Positions 1-12,663 of a DNA stretch of 64,000 nt are shown here, piece by piece (positions within the stretch are counted from its first letter, which is position 1; every line of letters begins with the position of its first letter). Below the pieces are notes generated by a model that was not told where the DNA came from, did no database searches, and saw only the letters and a program-made list of their open reading frames with translations. The stretch is taken from assembly GCF_006345805.1 (NCBI RefSeq), contig NC_042997.1, forward strand, positions 82,584,001-82,648,000, in the 5' to 3' direction. The DNA is from Octopus sinensis (taxonomy: Eukaryota). Made by a program: the position numbers and the translations under genes.

Positions 1-1026
1 TTTATTGGGATTTTTAAAAAAGTGGGTGGAGAAAGTTTGAAGTTTAATACCATGTATTTTATTATGTGTTCTTAATTTTAATGTTGATTTTAGTGAAAGA
101 AGTCCCTATTACACATGGAGTTTTACAGTTACATTGCTAGCTATTCCAGGTCCTCTGATGCATTTAGTTTTGAATCCCTGTTAGTTTCCTATTTACCACA
201 CATCCTATAGCAGTTTTTATATATTTATTGTTCACAGTAACTAGACAGTATGCACATGCAAACTTATTTCTTGATTTCCATGCTAGGCCACTTTTTTTGT
301 TAGTACTAAACTTTGGTCTCTGCTACTAATTAATCCTTTACTTTTGGCCATGTTAATTTTTATATCCTTTTACTCTGTGAACATGACAGCGAAGTTGACA
401 GGGTATTTGGCAACCAGTTAAGAGGTTAATACACCATTGCCTCCATAGTATTTTGTCTGTAACCAAGGCACACCACCTAGCTCTAAGTAAGTTTAAAAGG
501 TAGATTAGATCTAAACTCTAGGAAGCAACATCACTATAAATTTGAGTTGTTTCATTTGTACTTATTTCTCCTGTGGGTTGGTAGAACGTTGTGAGAAACC
601 ACACTCTTTCATTGAATGGGTAGCTATTGACTCAATCTGGTTATAAAACTAATTGCAGCTGTTACTATTACCACTACATGATTATACCATCAGGAACAGT
701 AGTGTACAAAATCTAAATGTCTGACAGTGTTTTTTTCCTTCCTTTTTATATTACAAGTTCTCATACTGCCATGGTTGACTTAGCCTTTCATCCATCTAAG
801 TCAAGGATATAAACATTACACATTCTCTGTACTCTTAGCAATCAACTTGTCATGAAATAGATGTCTGTAGCTATATTAGAAACAAATCAGTGGATGAAAA
901 AAAATGTACCATCCAAATTAAATTTCTTACACTTTGCTGATATTTCCAAATTCAAGATCTTTGTAATTAGGTGATTATTTGCATTTTCTTATTGCTATAA
1001 ATATCTTATGTTGTTCAATTTTTTAG

Positions 1027-2454
1027 CACTTGATGAACAAGTATGTTGAAATCCAAAAGAAATATGAAAATGTAGAATTGATTCCAAAACCAAAATACTG
1101 GTATGATTTTAATTATAGTTTTGTTACAGTTGATCTTCTTCTTCTTCTCCTCCTCCACCACCACCACTGCCACTTCTACTACCACCACCACCACCACCAT
1201 CATTTAATGTCCATCTTCCATGCTACCAAGGGTTGAACTATGTAAGCTAAAGTAATTTTCAGTGAATATAGTTATAATAATATTTTTCTGTATCCTATTA
1301 GAGCAATAAAATTTGATATGAACCAGCAAAGAAGCTTATGTAGAAGCTGTTTCACATTAGTTTCTTCACATAATATAACTAACTAGGCAAAAATTACAAG
1401 AAGGCAATGCAGTTCTGCCAAATATTTTGTAATATAAAAATGCTCCAGAAGCATTTCCAAAAACATAGTGTAATGATGGACAGCTAGCAAAGTCTAGGAA
1501 CTGCTCATCAATTTTGCATTACTACACCAAATTATGTTACTGTTGTACTTAGGGTTACATGGGCTTATCAGAATTAAATACCTTGACTACAGACATGATA
1601 AAGCATTGGATTACATTGCTGAGTACTCTTATCAGTTAAGAAAAACCATCCCAGCTTTGAGCCTAAGAGCAAGTTCTTCTAAACTGTCTTGGCTCAGTGG
1701 ATCCTAGTAATGAGTTGCATATAATGGTTAGTGTAAAATGGTTTATTCCTCGTTAACTTAATTAGGCATGTAAGACATGGATGTAAACAGTAATATCACT
1801 TAAGATATAAAGCACATTGCTATGATAAAAATGATAGTGTTGAACAAGATGCTTTACAGTATTAAATGACAGCCTTCTACATTTTGAGTTCAAAAGCTAT
1901 TGGGATTGACTTTGCATTTTCATCCACATAGTGTCAATAAAATAAACCTGAACTAATATTAAAAAATTTTATTATCCAAAGCTAAGATGATATAATGGTA
2001 GATTGTAGAGGGCTATACCAAATGTTTGATTACATTTCGAGTTAAAAAACCTTTGGTGTAAAGTTTACATTTTATCTCTCTCAGAATCAATAAAATAATT
2101 ATTAGTTACATACTGGACTGATTAAATCAACAACATCCACTCAGTCCTTACAAATTATGGTGTTTTGTAAATGCCAGAAATCATTATCCATGTAATGTGA
2201 TATAGTAATAAAAAGGAAAAAAGAAAGCATCTTAATTATTTCCCTTGTAGTCATTGGCACACTTAATCTATTTATTTTGTTATTACAGGGGCGGCTACTT
2301 TGTGAAACCAGATGTAATTGAGTTCTGGCAGGGGCAGACTAACAGACTACACGATAGATTACGATTTCGGCAAAAGTTGCCTAATGAAGTACTAGACCCA
2401 GAACTTAGCCATGAAGGTGAAGACGACTGGATTATTGAAAGACTTTCACCATGA
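1027..2454 (+). CDS. PNPO: Pyridoxine/pyridoxamine 5'-phosphate oxidase, last two coding exons (1027-1100, 2289-2454); earlier exons not found in the window
   Basis: Canonical AG/GT sites (ttttag|CAC..TACTG|gtatga; tattacag|G). Spliced product [51 protein letters not shown]...ERLSP* carries the PNPO signature [13 protein letters not shown]. The split Trp codon TG|G is in phase. AATAAA near 2537. Confidence 0.95.
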
Positions 2455-3302
2455 AAGAATGAAGAAAAGTTACATTATTATTTTCATTAAAAGAAAAAAA
2501 TAAATTAGTCTAAAAGAAAAATTTAGTGTGCTTGTGAATAAATTTATGAAATATCAAATTTAATTTTCATCTTATTTTCTCTGGTCTTTTTAAAGTATAT
2601 AACTGTGATACAAATAATTTTTTCATGTTTACTAATAATTACATAAGTTGATCTCATATCTATTATATATTATTCGTTTCTGTAGTCAAGGCTATTCTTG
2701 CGTAGCTTCAAATTAGCCCTGACTAAGCAGATTCATGATCAAGGCATTTAAACCATGTACATTTTTGTCCTTTCCTCAAATATTGCATATCTAAGACTGC
2801 AGTGTACAATGTGCCCCTCCCTTTTCAAATATGAAGGAGATTTGTTTATAGTAAGTTGAATGACATTGTCCCCATAAAACCTTGTTTGTTTTTAATAGAT
2901 TAAATTGGAAAACAATCAAGAATATGTTTTATTCTTAGTGATTTTTTTTTTACTTTTATTGCTATTAAAATGAAATTAGATAATTTGTCCTGACTGGAGG
3001 CTCAGTGGTGTACATCTTATTATCAGCTGTGTAATGTGTCTTAAGCAAAGACACTTAAGACATGAAGTGTTGCTCACAGCTGTAATGGGAGACAATGCTT
3101 TTCCAAGGAAAAGGGGCTCTCTACAGCTTAACTTAAAAGGTAAAACTTATAACTGAAACATTTGTTATTACTTGTTGGTAATAATTATGGAAATAAAAAA
3201 AAAATTAATTTTTTTTTGTGATGTGTTTTAATTCCTGATATGAGGTTTTGAAAGACTTTAATTGCAAAGTTTATGAAGACTGAGACTTGAATTAAAAGAC
3301 AG

Positions 3303-3786
3303 AAAATCAAAAATCAAAAAATCAAAATCAAAATCAAATCAGATATCAGAAAGCAGAACCGAAATCGAAGTCGATCAACATCAATGGAAATTGTGGCTGT
3401 GATACCAGTGCCAGTGACAAGTAAGCGAACCATCCGATTGTGGCCGTTGCCAGCGCCGCCCCGACTGGCCTCCGTGCCGGTGGCACGTAAAAGCACCATC
3501 CGTTCGTGTCCGTTGCCAGCCTCACCTGGCCCCCGTGCCAGTGGCACGTAAAAGCACCATCCGTTTGTGGCCGTTTGCCAGCACCGTCTGGCGCCTGTGC
3601 GGGTGGCACGTAAAAAGCACCCACTACACTCGCAGAGTGGTTGGCGTTAGGAAGGGCATCCAGCCGTAGAAACACTGCCAGATCAGACTGGGCTTGATGC
3701 AGCCTTCTAGCTTTACAGACCCCAGTTGAACCATCCAACCCATGCTAGCATGGAAAACGGACGCTAAATGATGATGATGATGATGA
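3303..3786 (+). mobile_element. 5'-truncated RTE-type LINE 3' end with (GAT)n tail
   Basis: Matches the 3' UTR of the longer LINE at 31240-33982 and ends in ...GCATGGAAAACGGACGCTAAA(TGA)n. Confidence 0.75.
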
Positions 3787-6700
3787 GAGAGAGGAGGAGG
3801 AAAGAAGGTGAACTAAAGAAAAGGATCACACTAGCATTGAAGCAGGACGTCAAACAACACGACGATGAAGTAATTTTCTTCATTCAAGCCCTTTTCTCAT
3901 AGTTCTAGGTTGCAACCACAATCCGGTGTGTTTGTGTACTTATAAAGGCAAGTGTGACGTGCTTTGTTCATTACATTTCCCTGGCCATTGCCTTCACAAG
4001 ACAATATATGGAGCAGCTGCCATCACAGTTTATTGAATTCACTATTAAGGATGTCTGGAATTTCTTTCTTTTAGCTACATTGTAAGCAAGCCTGGTGCAA
4101 CCATCTGGTTGCCAGCCCTCAGTCAAAATCGTCCAACCCTGAATATTATTATCGTTAAGTAAACATGGAATAGATTCTCTCCTCGCTAATTAATGCTTGT
4201 AATACTGTTTTTACTATAAGCACAAGGTCTGAAATTTTGAGGGAGGGTACTAGCCATTTCATCAACACCAAAGGGATGAAAGGTAAAGGTGACCTTGGTG
4301 CAATTTGAACTAGGACCATGAAGAGCCAGAAGTTTAATGCTTGTAATATTAAAATTATTAAAAGTTACATTTATAAGTTCAAGAATTCTGCAGCAAGTTA
4401 ATTATAAATTAGTAGTTAAAATTTTAACAAATCCTATAACACATTATAAACAACAATAACCCTATTGCTCTTATTCTGTCTTAATGTGTATAGTATTAAA
4501 TTAATTACTGCTGGATGTTACAATTTACTGAAGATTTGTTACATTTCTAGACAAGAAAATTATATTTCCCCTCAGTTTATCTAGCTGGAAACTAGGTACC
4601 AAATATATCCAAAACAGTACCTGCGATAAGTTAGTATTCTATTCATCAACATTTTAACTTCCATTTTTTATGCTGGCATGGGTTGGATGGCTTGACACGA
4701 ACTGGCAAGCTCACAGGCCACATCAGGTTTCATAGTCTGTTTTGGATTGGTTTCTAAGTCTGGATGCCCTTCTTAATGCAAACCATTTTAGAGTGTACTA
4801 GGTGCTTTTTACATGACAGAGCACCCATACCAATACTTTTCCATGGTATCTAGGTTTTAGGATCTCAATTCTAATGTAGTATATATTTGTCTCACATCCA
4901 CTGAATAGTATATAAAGTTAGATGTTATATGAAATATAACACAGTTAGTGCTGGTCCACTTTGCTGTAGGAAGGAAAATTACAGGAGGTCAATTATCAAG
5001 TAAGTACTTGCCAGAAGAGGAAATCTCAACATAATTCTATTGTCTAGAGATTATTATTGCAGAAGTGGAGACTATTCTTAATGCACAATTATTTGACTGC
5101 ATAACATTCCAGCATTTCTTAATATTCATAATGGTAGGGATACTGGTGTATAATGCAACCCTTCCATGTGAGTTAAAAACACCATAACAATACAATATTG
5201 TTTTGAATATATGTAAAGTGTTTCCTGACTCAAAGCATTAAAAATAAAACGCACAGAAAATATTTGTTTCTAATTTAGTCAAGGGGGTAACAATTTGTTG
5301 ATGACATCAAACCCAACACTTGGACTATTATATTTTCTTGACCCTGGAGGGATGAAAAGTAAAGTTGCCCCAGGCAGGATTTAAACCGAGATTGTAAAGA
5401 GCTGGAAGAAAATCTGCAAAATATTTTATTCATCACTAACGATTCTATCAATCAACCATCCTAAAATCCCAAAGAAATATTGGTTTCAAATTTTGGTACA
5501 AGTGTAAGGACAGACAAAATGCCGCTAACCATTTTGCCTGGCATGCTAATGATTTTGCCAGCTCACTGCCCTACTCAAACGAAATATTAGAAAATGGAAT
5601 TTAATAAGGAGTTTGAAATAACAGAACAGTCAATGAAGTTATTTGTGATATGTTTTAATAAATATCTTAATGAGAATTAACTTTTATATTATTTCAATAC
5701 CACAGACATCAGCTACAGTTAGTAGTTGAATTGTATACAAGACTTTAATGAATTTATACAAGTGATGAGAGAGACATGAAAGTATTATTCAATAGTTTTT
5801 CATTGAAGTCATAGCAGAAATAGTTATCAAGTAACAGTGAATGTCTGAATTGGTAACTTAAGAGAAAAGAGACATAAGGAGAATTTCTAACAATTAAAAA
5901 AGCTCCAATGTAAACGATTAAAAAAGTGATTGAATCTAGAATATCTCTGCCATTGATGCTGCTTTTGTCTTGCTGTGAAGCAGAATGTAATGGTATTGGC
6001 CTTAAAATTCCTTATTCAATTGTAATGTACAATAGTCCATTTACAAGTCAATAGTTTTTTAAAATTTAACAATACTTTTGATAAATAAACTGATAAGTTT
6101 TCCTCACAACCATGTCTTGATCCTTACAATACTGAAACTAGGCAGGATTTGTTTGTTCTTTAAGTTTTCTCTTCAACACTTTTATCATTGGTTATCAATA
6201 ACATACAAGACACAAACACCTACAAATATATTTTAAAGTACTGGTTTTTGTATATAGGCTGGTCCATTCTATTTCAATAGATTAATCATACTTCACTTAG
6301 GAAAAGTTTTGTATTTACTAATAATCTTCTGACACATGCTGACTGAAGGAAACAATGTACTCTCAACTCTGTGAATCTCCTCTCTAATATATTTCCTGGC
6401 CCTGTCTCTCACCAAAATATTTTGACTAGAAAACATTGGTTTTTTTTTTAATGTTAGCACAAGATCCCTAATAAGTTGTAGCTCCTTAATTTATCAGACA
6501 CCAAAGAAGTAATGAAGTTAGTTTCACTTCTGAATATTAACAATACCTGAATACATCTCACTAATCTCCCATGGAATCATTTCAGAACAGCAATTAGAAT
6601 TAAAAATAAAAAAAATAAAAATATATCAAGAAACAACTCAATTTTCAAATGTGGTTCACTATAAGTTCATTTTCCAATTTGTAAGATGGTTACCTTATTC

Positions 6701-6892
6701 TTTTAGCAAATTACTTTTGTATTCTATGATTAAGTAATGAAAGTAAATCAGAAGAGATAACAAAAGAATCTATTTTAACAAAGCAGTTTAAGATCTCATT
6801 TAAAATTTCCTTTTATATGTTATGAGAAAAAAAAAACATACTTATAAATAAATATTCCTAAATATTTAAAGTATGCAACTGGGAACTATTGT

Positions 6893-9800
6893 TTAGCAAA
6901 TATCTGCTTGTAATAAATCAATAACTGACAATATTGATTTATCTTGATAGAAATCAGCTTTGGGGTCATCTAATTTTTGCTTTAAAAGTTCATTCAATAG
7001 GTTACGAAGTTCTTTGAAGATGACAGCAGTCCGAGCTCGTGACTTAAATATAATCCATTTGTCAACGCTTACAGTTTGCTGAATATGTTGTACAACTACA
7101 TTGTGACCAAAAAGCAATAAGGGAAATGGAGAGACCAATGTGCAGTCTCGAAGATATACCTGTGATTGCTTGGTTTTCTCTTGATATAGCATATAGCCTT
7201 GTGCCTGTAGTGTTCGATTGACTGAGCTAGGATGGATAAATGCATGTCCTTGAGGTGTCTCAGCACCACATATCCGACTTGTACCATCCGGATCTTTCTC
7301 TGAACAAACTTTTGCCACATTTGGATATAATCCAGCAAGAATGACTGCCTTAATAACAGCACATGATTTTGGATTTAAATGAACTCCATCAACAGAATCT
7401 GGATCTGTCAGTAGTTTCTCATCCTGTCGACTTAAGAATCCAATAGATTTGATAAGCTTTATAAGATCTGTCTTTACATTTTCAATTTCAATAAGAGATT
7501 TTCTTTTTAGATAGTTCTGCATGCAGAATGCATTTTCTGCCTGAAACCCACCTTTGCGGGCAGTTTTCCATCGAGAATAAGCATTATAAATAGTGAGATG
7601 ATCAGAGCAAGCTGTTGATAAATTCTGCTTAGCCATATTAGCTTCCGACCTTTTTTCAAGTGGAACTACAAATGGAGATTTTCCACTTACTGCAGCAGCA
7701 ATGACTGCTGCAGGTTCAAGACAACCAAACATTGCTCCAAAAATAAGCATTTTACCAATGGAAACATGTACAGGAAGTGCTGCTAAATGATATCCAAGTG
7801 GTGTTAACACTTCTCCTTCACAAGCCCCAACCTCTTCAAGAATCATCATTGCTCTAGAGATAGATTGTAGCTGAGGTGGATCAAGTGCAAGCTGGAGAAA
7901 TTCCTCTGGTTTGCCTAGGTTACATTTCATGATATGTAAACAGAGCTCTTCGAGAGCAACTCGAAGAAGCTCAGGAACAGTAAACTCACGAAATTTCATA
8001 TAATTATCTTTGGTATAAAGTCGATAGCAAATGCCATTGCGTACTCGCCCAGCACGACCGGACCGTTGTTTAGCACTAGCTTTACTAACAAAAACTTCTT
8101 CTAGAGCATTCATTCGACTTGATTCAACGTATCGATTCTCTTTTACTTTACCAGCATCAATTACATACACTACATCTGGAATAGTAACGCCAGTTTCAGC
8201 AATGTTTGTAGACAGCACAATTTTTCGAATTCCCTTAGGTGGAGACAGAAATGCAGTGCTTTGGTCTTCAGATGACAAAACAGAATGTAGAGCAAGCACT
8301 TTAAATCGTCGGGGATTAGCAAATTTGCGATCACTTTGGAGCAATTCATAGAGCTCTTGTATATTTGCTAATCCTGGAAGAAATATCAGAATGGCACCAT
8401 CAGTAATTTCCCCATGTTCATCTATGTAGTTAAGTAAATGAAGAATTAGATCCAAATTAATTTTGTAAGGTTTCATTCTAGTAACAGTTAGTCGAGTATG
8501 TTTGCTATATTTGTCTCTGTCAAGTCCACTTGCATCAATGATATCTTCCTTTGACCAATACAGATCTGTTTTCTGCTTAGTTCCTCCAGTGCCAGTGATT
8601 TCAACACTTGTTTTCTGCTCATCACGGAGCATTGCTGCTGGGATGCAATAAGGAGAATCTTCTTCCAAGACATAATTGTTCATTTCTATGATGTCTTCTA
8701 AATAGAAAACATCAACAGGAAATGTTCGGCCTGGAATTTTAATGATAGGACAATGGTTGAAGTAATCAGAGAGGCGGTTACAGTCAATAGTTGCACTCAT
8801 TAATATCACTTTAATGTCATCACGTGACTCAAGAAGTCTTTTCAGAATAATCAAAAGAAAGTCTGATTGCACTGTTCTTTCATGTACTTCATCAACTAAG
8901 ACGTGGGTGACATTTTTAAAACTAGGATCAGAATGTAACTGACGCAGCACAACACCTGTAGTACAATAAGTTAAACAAGTTGTAGGACAGCATTTAGACT
9001 CAAATCGGATTTTATAACCACAAAAGGAGTTTGGTGAACCAGGCAGGTCGTCTCCTAGCTCTTGAGAAACCCTGTTTGCAAGACTCACAGCAGAGATTCG
9101 ACGTGGTTGAGTACAAATGATATTACAGGTTTCTCCACACAAAATTCTATCTTTAAGTAGGAAATGGGGAATTTGTGTGCTTTTTCCACTACCAGTTTCT
9201 CCAGCAATCACAACAACTTTGCTGCGATCAATTTGAGCAAGTATGTCTTCTCTATATGCAAATACAGGTAGTGATTGCCGTTGATTTAAATATTCATTAT
9301 ATTTCTTACTGTTTATCTTTTTCAAAAATTTGCCTTTAATTTCATTAACCCTAGGCTTCCAAACAGTTTTTTTCTCTTTGGATTTTTCTTCAATTTCTTC
9401 AGAATCATCCACATCTGCTAAGAACCAGTCATCACATACACTGTCATCACTGTTATGCTCATCTGAAGGTTTTTCAGCTTTAGATTTGGAGAGCGTTGGG
9501 GCTAACTTGAGTTCTTTCAGCAATTTTGCAACAAGGGTATCTCTGGGTTTGTTATTAATTTCTTGAGCTCTCTGTTTACTAATTCTTTCTGCTTCCATCC
9601 ATTCTAGCCATAAATCTCGATAAGGAGGTGGAAGTAACTGATAGATTGGTTGTCCTCTGCAGAGATTATAGAGTAATAGAGTAGAGCCAACATGTTCAGC
9701 TTCTTTTACAGAGGGGCAAAGAATATCTGGTATAACAGTAAGTAGCGAACCATCTTTCTTGGTAATGGAAGATTTGCATTTGTAAAAGTTTTTCACATGG

Positions 9801-10987
9801 ACTCTTTCATAATGGGCTAAGTCACTTTTAGGGAGGTTTTTCCGAGTCCAGTCATTAAGGAATTGTTTAGGTGATTTCCCAGTCCATTGTTGTTTTGTGT
9901 ACTCAAAACTACGGCTAACTATAGGTGATTCTCCTTTCTTTTTCTCAGGCAAAGGTTTTGATGCATCACCAATTGCCATATTCTCTAACATATCAAGAGC
10001 AAGATCTTCATCACTAGCTTTCTTGGCGGATTTTGACTTTGCTGTTACTGGTGTGCTTTTTGATACATCTGAGTTGCAGCTAGCCTTAGACAAAGCTTTA
10101 TTAGTTCCAGCACCTGAACTAGCATTTGATATGGTCAAACTCGGAGGTTGTACTTTGGAAGGTTTAGGTTCAGGTTTGGCGGGTGCTAAAAGAGAAATTC
10201 CAGCAAGTTTACGATCAAAGCCTGGATGGGTAGCTAATTCGTCCATATCTAGCCGCATTTGCCGGATCTTTTTTGAGTATTCTCTCTGCTTTTCTTTGTT
10301 TCCAGATTTCTTCGCTTGTTCAGCGAGTACTATTGTAGAATCTAAAGAAGAACTTAAAGCTTTGTATTTTATATTTGGATCTATCGGTGCAGCGTTTTCT
10401 TCTAAATCACTGTCAGATTCTTCTTCGGCATACTGCATAATCCAGTTTTTCACCCAGTCTTTTTTTCCACCTTCTCCCTCAGGCAAACGGCTGTCCTTAT
10501 TCTCACTTGTCTTTTGGACAGGTTTTTCAACTACTTGATAACCAGAAGAAATTTGCGATTTATCTACCTGCTCTTCTTTAAATCCTGGTCGCCTCTTTAT
10601 TTCTTCTCTTTTTAACGCTTCGGAAAATTCTGAAGGAAGATCGTCATTTGCAATATTGAGACAGAGCCAGTCCAGGGAATCAACAAGATCACCGCCGTAT
10701 ATCAGTGTGCTCCTCATAGCAGACTCTATCTGGTTGTGTTTGAACCCGGCACGCGCCAAACAAGTATATACATCCGTCAGTCTTTTTGTTGTCATTCTTT
10801 CACTGACGTCTTTTACAAGTTTTTTACTCTTTTTCCAATCAAGTATCATCGTAATCAATTTTTTTTCCATATTGGCATTTAGTATAATCTTTGGCGTTGA
10901 ATCATCGGAATTATCAATATTGTCAGATTTAGTAAATTTATAATTTTTCGTTACCTTTTCTTGATCCTTCTGCTTTTTCTTCCCCAT
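6893..10987 (-). CDS. DHX29: ATP-dependent RNA helicase DHX29 (DEAH-box), single coding exon, 1364 aa
   Basis: Uninterrupted ORF from ATG 10987 (MGKKKQK). Motifs GETGSGKS, TQPRRISA, DEVH, SAT and QRSGRAGR are followed by an HA2/OB-like tail. The N-terminal block LIYGGDLVDSLDWLCLNIANDDLPSEFS and the insert YEQQWTGKSPKQFL-like segment (YTKQQWTGKSPKQFL) match DHX29 rather than DHX57/DHX36 (from memory). Confidence 0.93.
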   Translation of the reverse strand: MGKKKQKDQEKVTKNYKFTKSDNIDNSDDSTPKIILNANMEKKLITMILDWKKSKKLVKDVSERMTTKRLTDVYTCLARAGFKHNQIESAMRSTLIYGGDLVDSLDWLCLNIANDDLPSEFSEALKREEIKRRPGFKEEQVDKSQISSGYQVVEKPVQKTSENKDSRLPEGEGGKKDWVKNWIMQYAEEESDSDLEENAAPIDPNIKYKALSSSLDSTIVLAEQAKKSGNKEKQREYSKKIRQMRLDMDELATHPGFDRKLAGISLLAPAKPEPKPSKVQPPSLTISNASSGAGTNKALSKASCNSDVSKSTPVTAKSKSAKKASDEDLALDMLENMAIGDASKPLPEKKKGESPIVSRSFEYTKQQWTGKSPKQFLNDWTRKNLPKSDLAHYERVHVKNFYKCKSSITKKDGSLLTVIPDILCPSVKEAEHVGSTLLLYNLCRGQPIYQLLPPPYRDLWLEWMEAERISKQRAQEINNKPRDTLVAKLLKELKLAPTLSKSKAEKPSDEHNSDDSVCDDWFLADVDDSEEIEEKSKEKKTVWKPRVNEIKGKFLKKINSKKYNEYLNQRQSLPVFAYREDILAQIDRSKVVVIAGETGSGKSTQIPHFLLKDRILCGETCNIICTQPRRISAVSLANRVSQELGDDLPGSPNSFCGYKIRFESKCCPTTCLTYCTTGVVLRQLHSDPSFKNVTHVLVDEVHERTVQSDFLLIILKRLLESRDDIKVILMSATIDCNRLSDYFNHCPIIKIPGRTFPVDVFYLEDIIEMNNYVLEEDSPYCIPAAMLRDEQKTSVEITGTGGTKQKTDLYWSKEDIIDASGLDRDKYSKHTRLTVTRMKPYKINLDLILHLLNYIDEHGEITDGAILIFLPGLANIQELYELLQSDRKFANPRRFKVLALHSVLSSEDQSTAFLSPPKGIRKIVLSTNIAETGVTIPDVVYVIDAGKVKENRYVESSRMNALEEVFVSKASAKQRSGRAGRVRNGICYRLYTKDNYMKFREFTVPELLRVALEELCLHIMKCNLGKPEEFLQLALDPPQLQSISRAMMILEEVGACEGEVLTPLGYHLAALPVHVSIGKMLIFGAMFGCLEPAAVIAAAVSGKSPFVVPLEKRSEANMAKQNLSTACSDHLTIYNAYSRWKTARKGGFQAENAFCMQNYLKRKSLIEIENVKTDLIKLIKSIGFLSRQDEKLLTDPDSVDGVHLNPKSCAVIKAVILAGLYPNVAKVCSEKDPDGTSRICGAETPQGHAFIHPSSVNRTLQAQGYMLYQEKTKQSQVYLRDCTLVSPFPLLLFGHNVVVQHIQQTVSVDKWIIFKSRARTAVIFKELRNLLNELLKQKLDDPKADFYQDKSILSVIDLLQADIC

Positions 10988-11273
10988 CTTTAAAATTTGG
11001 ATAAATTTATCAACACGCAACTTGCAGATTAAGCTGAAGTGAGTAGTTTACTTTTGTTTGTGCAATTATGAAGAATCAGTAATCTCCCTTTAAAAAAGAT
11101 CACCGTTTACTATAGTTTTGAAATACAATTAACTATAAAGTCAATGCTAAATACTTTAAAGAAGAAAATATTTTTAATTAATAAGTTCTTCGCAAACTAT
11201 TTTATTTTTATGGCACCAATGACATTTTTTTGCTATAATTTTTAATAGCAATATTTCATTGAAAATTACTTAC

Positions 11274-11387
11274 TCGTTTTCCGTCCATCTACAGCGTTAT
11301 TTTATATCAACGTTGAAACTTCGTGACATTACGTTCATTGACGTAAATTCTCGTCAGTCTTTCCTTTTCCGGTTGCCCGTGTGTAAG
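11274..11387. promoter_or_regulatory. Bidirectional promoter shared by RPL27 (+) and DHX29 (-), including the RPL27 TCT/5'TOP start and non-coding exon 1
   Basis: TCTTTCC at 11358-11364 fits the TCT initiator YC(+1)TYTYY. A pyrimidine run continues to 11370, followed by donor AG|GTAATG at 11388. On the minus strand a perfect donor GA|GTAAGT starts at 11273. CRE-like half sites occur at 11339 (TGACGT) and 11352 (CGTCA). The stretch is locally CpG-rich. Confidence 0.7.
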
Positions 11388-12611
11388 GTAATGTCGGTAA
11401 AAATTTCTCTTATAACAAAATCATTGTGAATCATCTATTTTACTGCGAATTATTAGTTATGTTTTGCAATTTTATTATTAAATGAAGTGTTTATATTTTA
11501 TTGGTGTTCATATTTTTAAAATTATGATTCATTTAAAGTTCAATTATTTTTAGAATTATGTCGGGTGCATTTATGTTAATCATCACATATGCATTATATT
11601 TTAAAACTTCTCTTTTTCTTTTATTATAATTCCACGAAGTCTTTCAAAAGAAAGCAAATTTGCCCTCTCTATTGATAAATAGTCATAATTTTAAAAGTTC
11701 ACTTATTCTATATATAATCTCTAATGGAGGCTGACTCACATGGTTAGTGAAGTTGAATAATGTCTGTCCTAAAACAGTATTTACATCTTACGATATACAA
11801 AACTCTGGAATTCACCTCTTTATAATATGTGATCGTACTTTTGATATTTCCAATTGAGCCGAAGCAAACCATTTTCCTATCACATGGTTGGTTTATTCAA
11901 TCTATGACTTTTAAGACGTGTGTTGCCTGCTTCGGCTATCCCTACTGTGTCTTATAAATATATTGGGACTCTATAGAAATATGTAATTACTGGCTTCTAA
12001 TTTTTTATATTAATGATTAAGGAGGACTTGATAAGCGAAATTAAATATTCAATCTCCAAATTCATTGATATGCACTTAAAAAACGAGAAATTTAGCTCCA
12101 TTTCAGACTGTTCGAACCTATATATTTTTCCATTTAAATTAAATTACGAAACAAACAATATGGCTTTGAAAAATATAAAACAAGTTGGCAATGTTTGATT
12201 AGGCTATCACTTTCATTGTTGATTGAATTAAAACGGGCTGAAGTAAAGAAAACTATCGGTTTTCGGCGTAACAAAATCTGTAACCCTAATCACCGGGTGT
12301 ACATATTCTTTACCTTCGCCAAGACATGTTAGCGGCCGTTTGTGGTTGTTTAACTAAACGGGCGTTAATTAAAATAAAATAATGGCTAAACTTCATCTAT
12401 TTACTGCAAATTATTGACAGATGTGTATAAACGTATATATATATATATACACAAAACCACATCTATGTTTGTGTGTGTATATATTGTATATATATATATG
12501 TAGAACTATGTGTATATATATATATATATAATATATATATATATACATACGCATCTATACATATAACTGTATATATATATATATACACATTTATGTATAT
12601 ATATGTAGGTC

Positions 12612-12663
<52 letters not shown>

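Noticed and set aside
1015-1236. ORFs with poly-His, poly-Val or poly-Leu runs, and similar YI/HT/RE-repeat ORFs across the window
   Set aside because: These are translations of microsatellites. Only 1027-1100 is a real (PNPO) exon.
3346-3738. Recurrent ORFs of the type ...[19 protein letters not shown]... (also at 17372, 26339, 59455, 62011)
   Set aside because: Antisense translations of the RTE LINE 3' UTR; length and frame vary between copies.
8031-10943. Plus-strand ORFs of 78-213 aa
   Set aside because: Antisense shadows of the DHX29 CDS.
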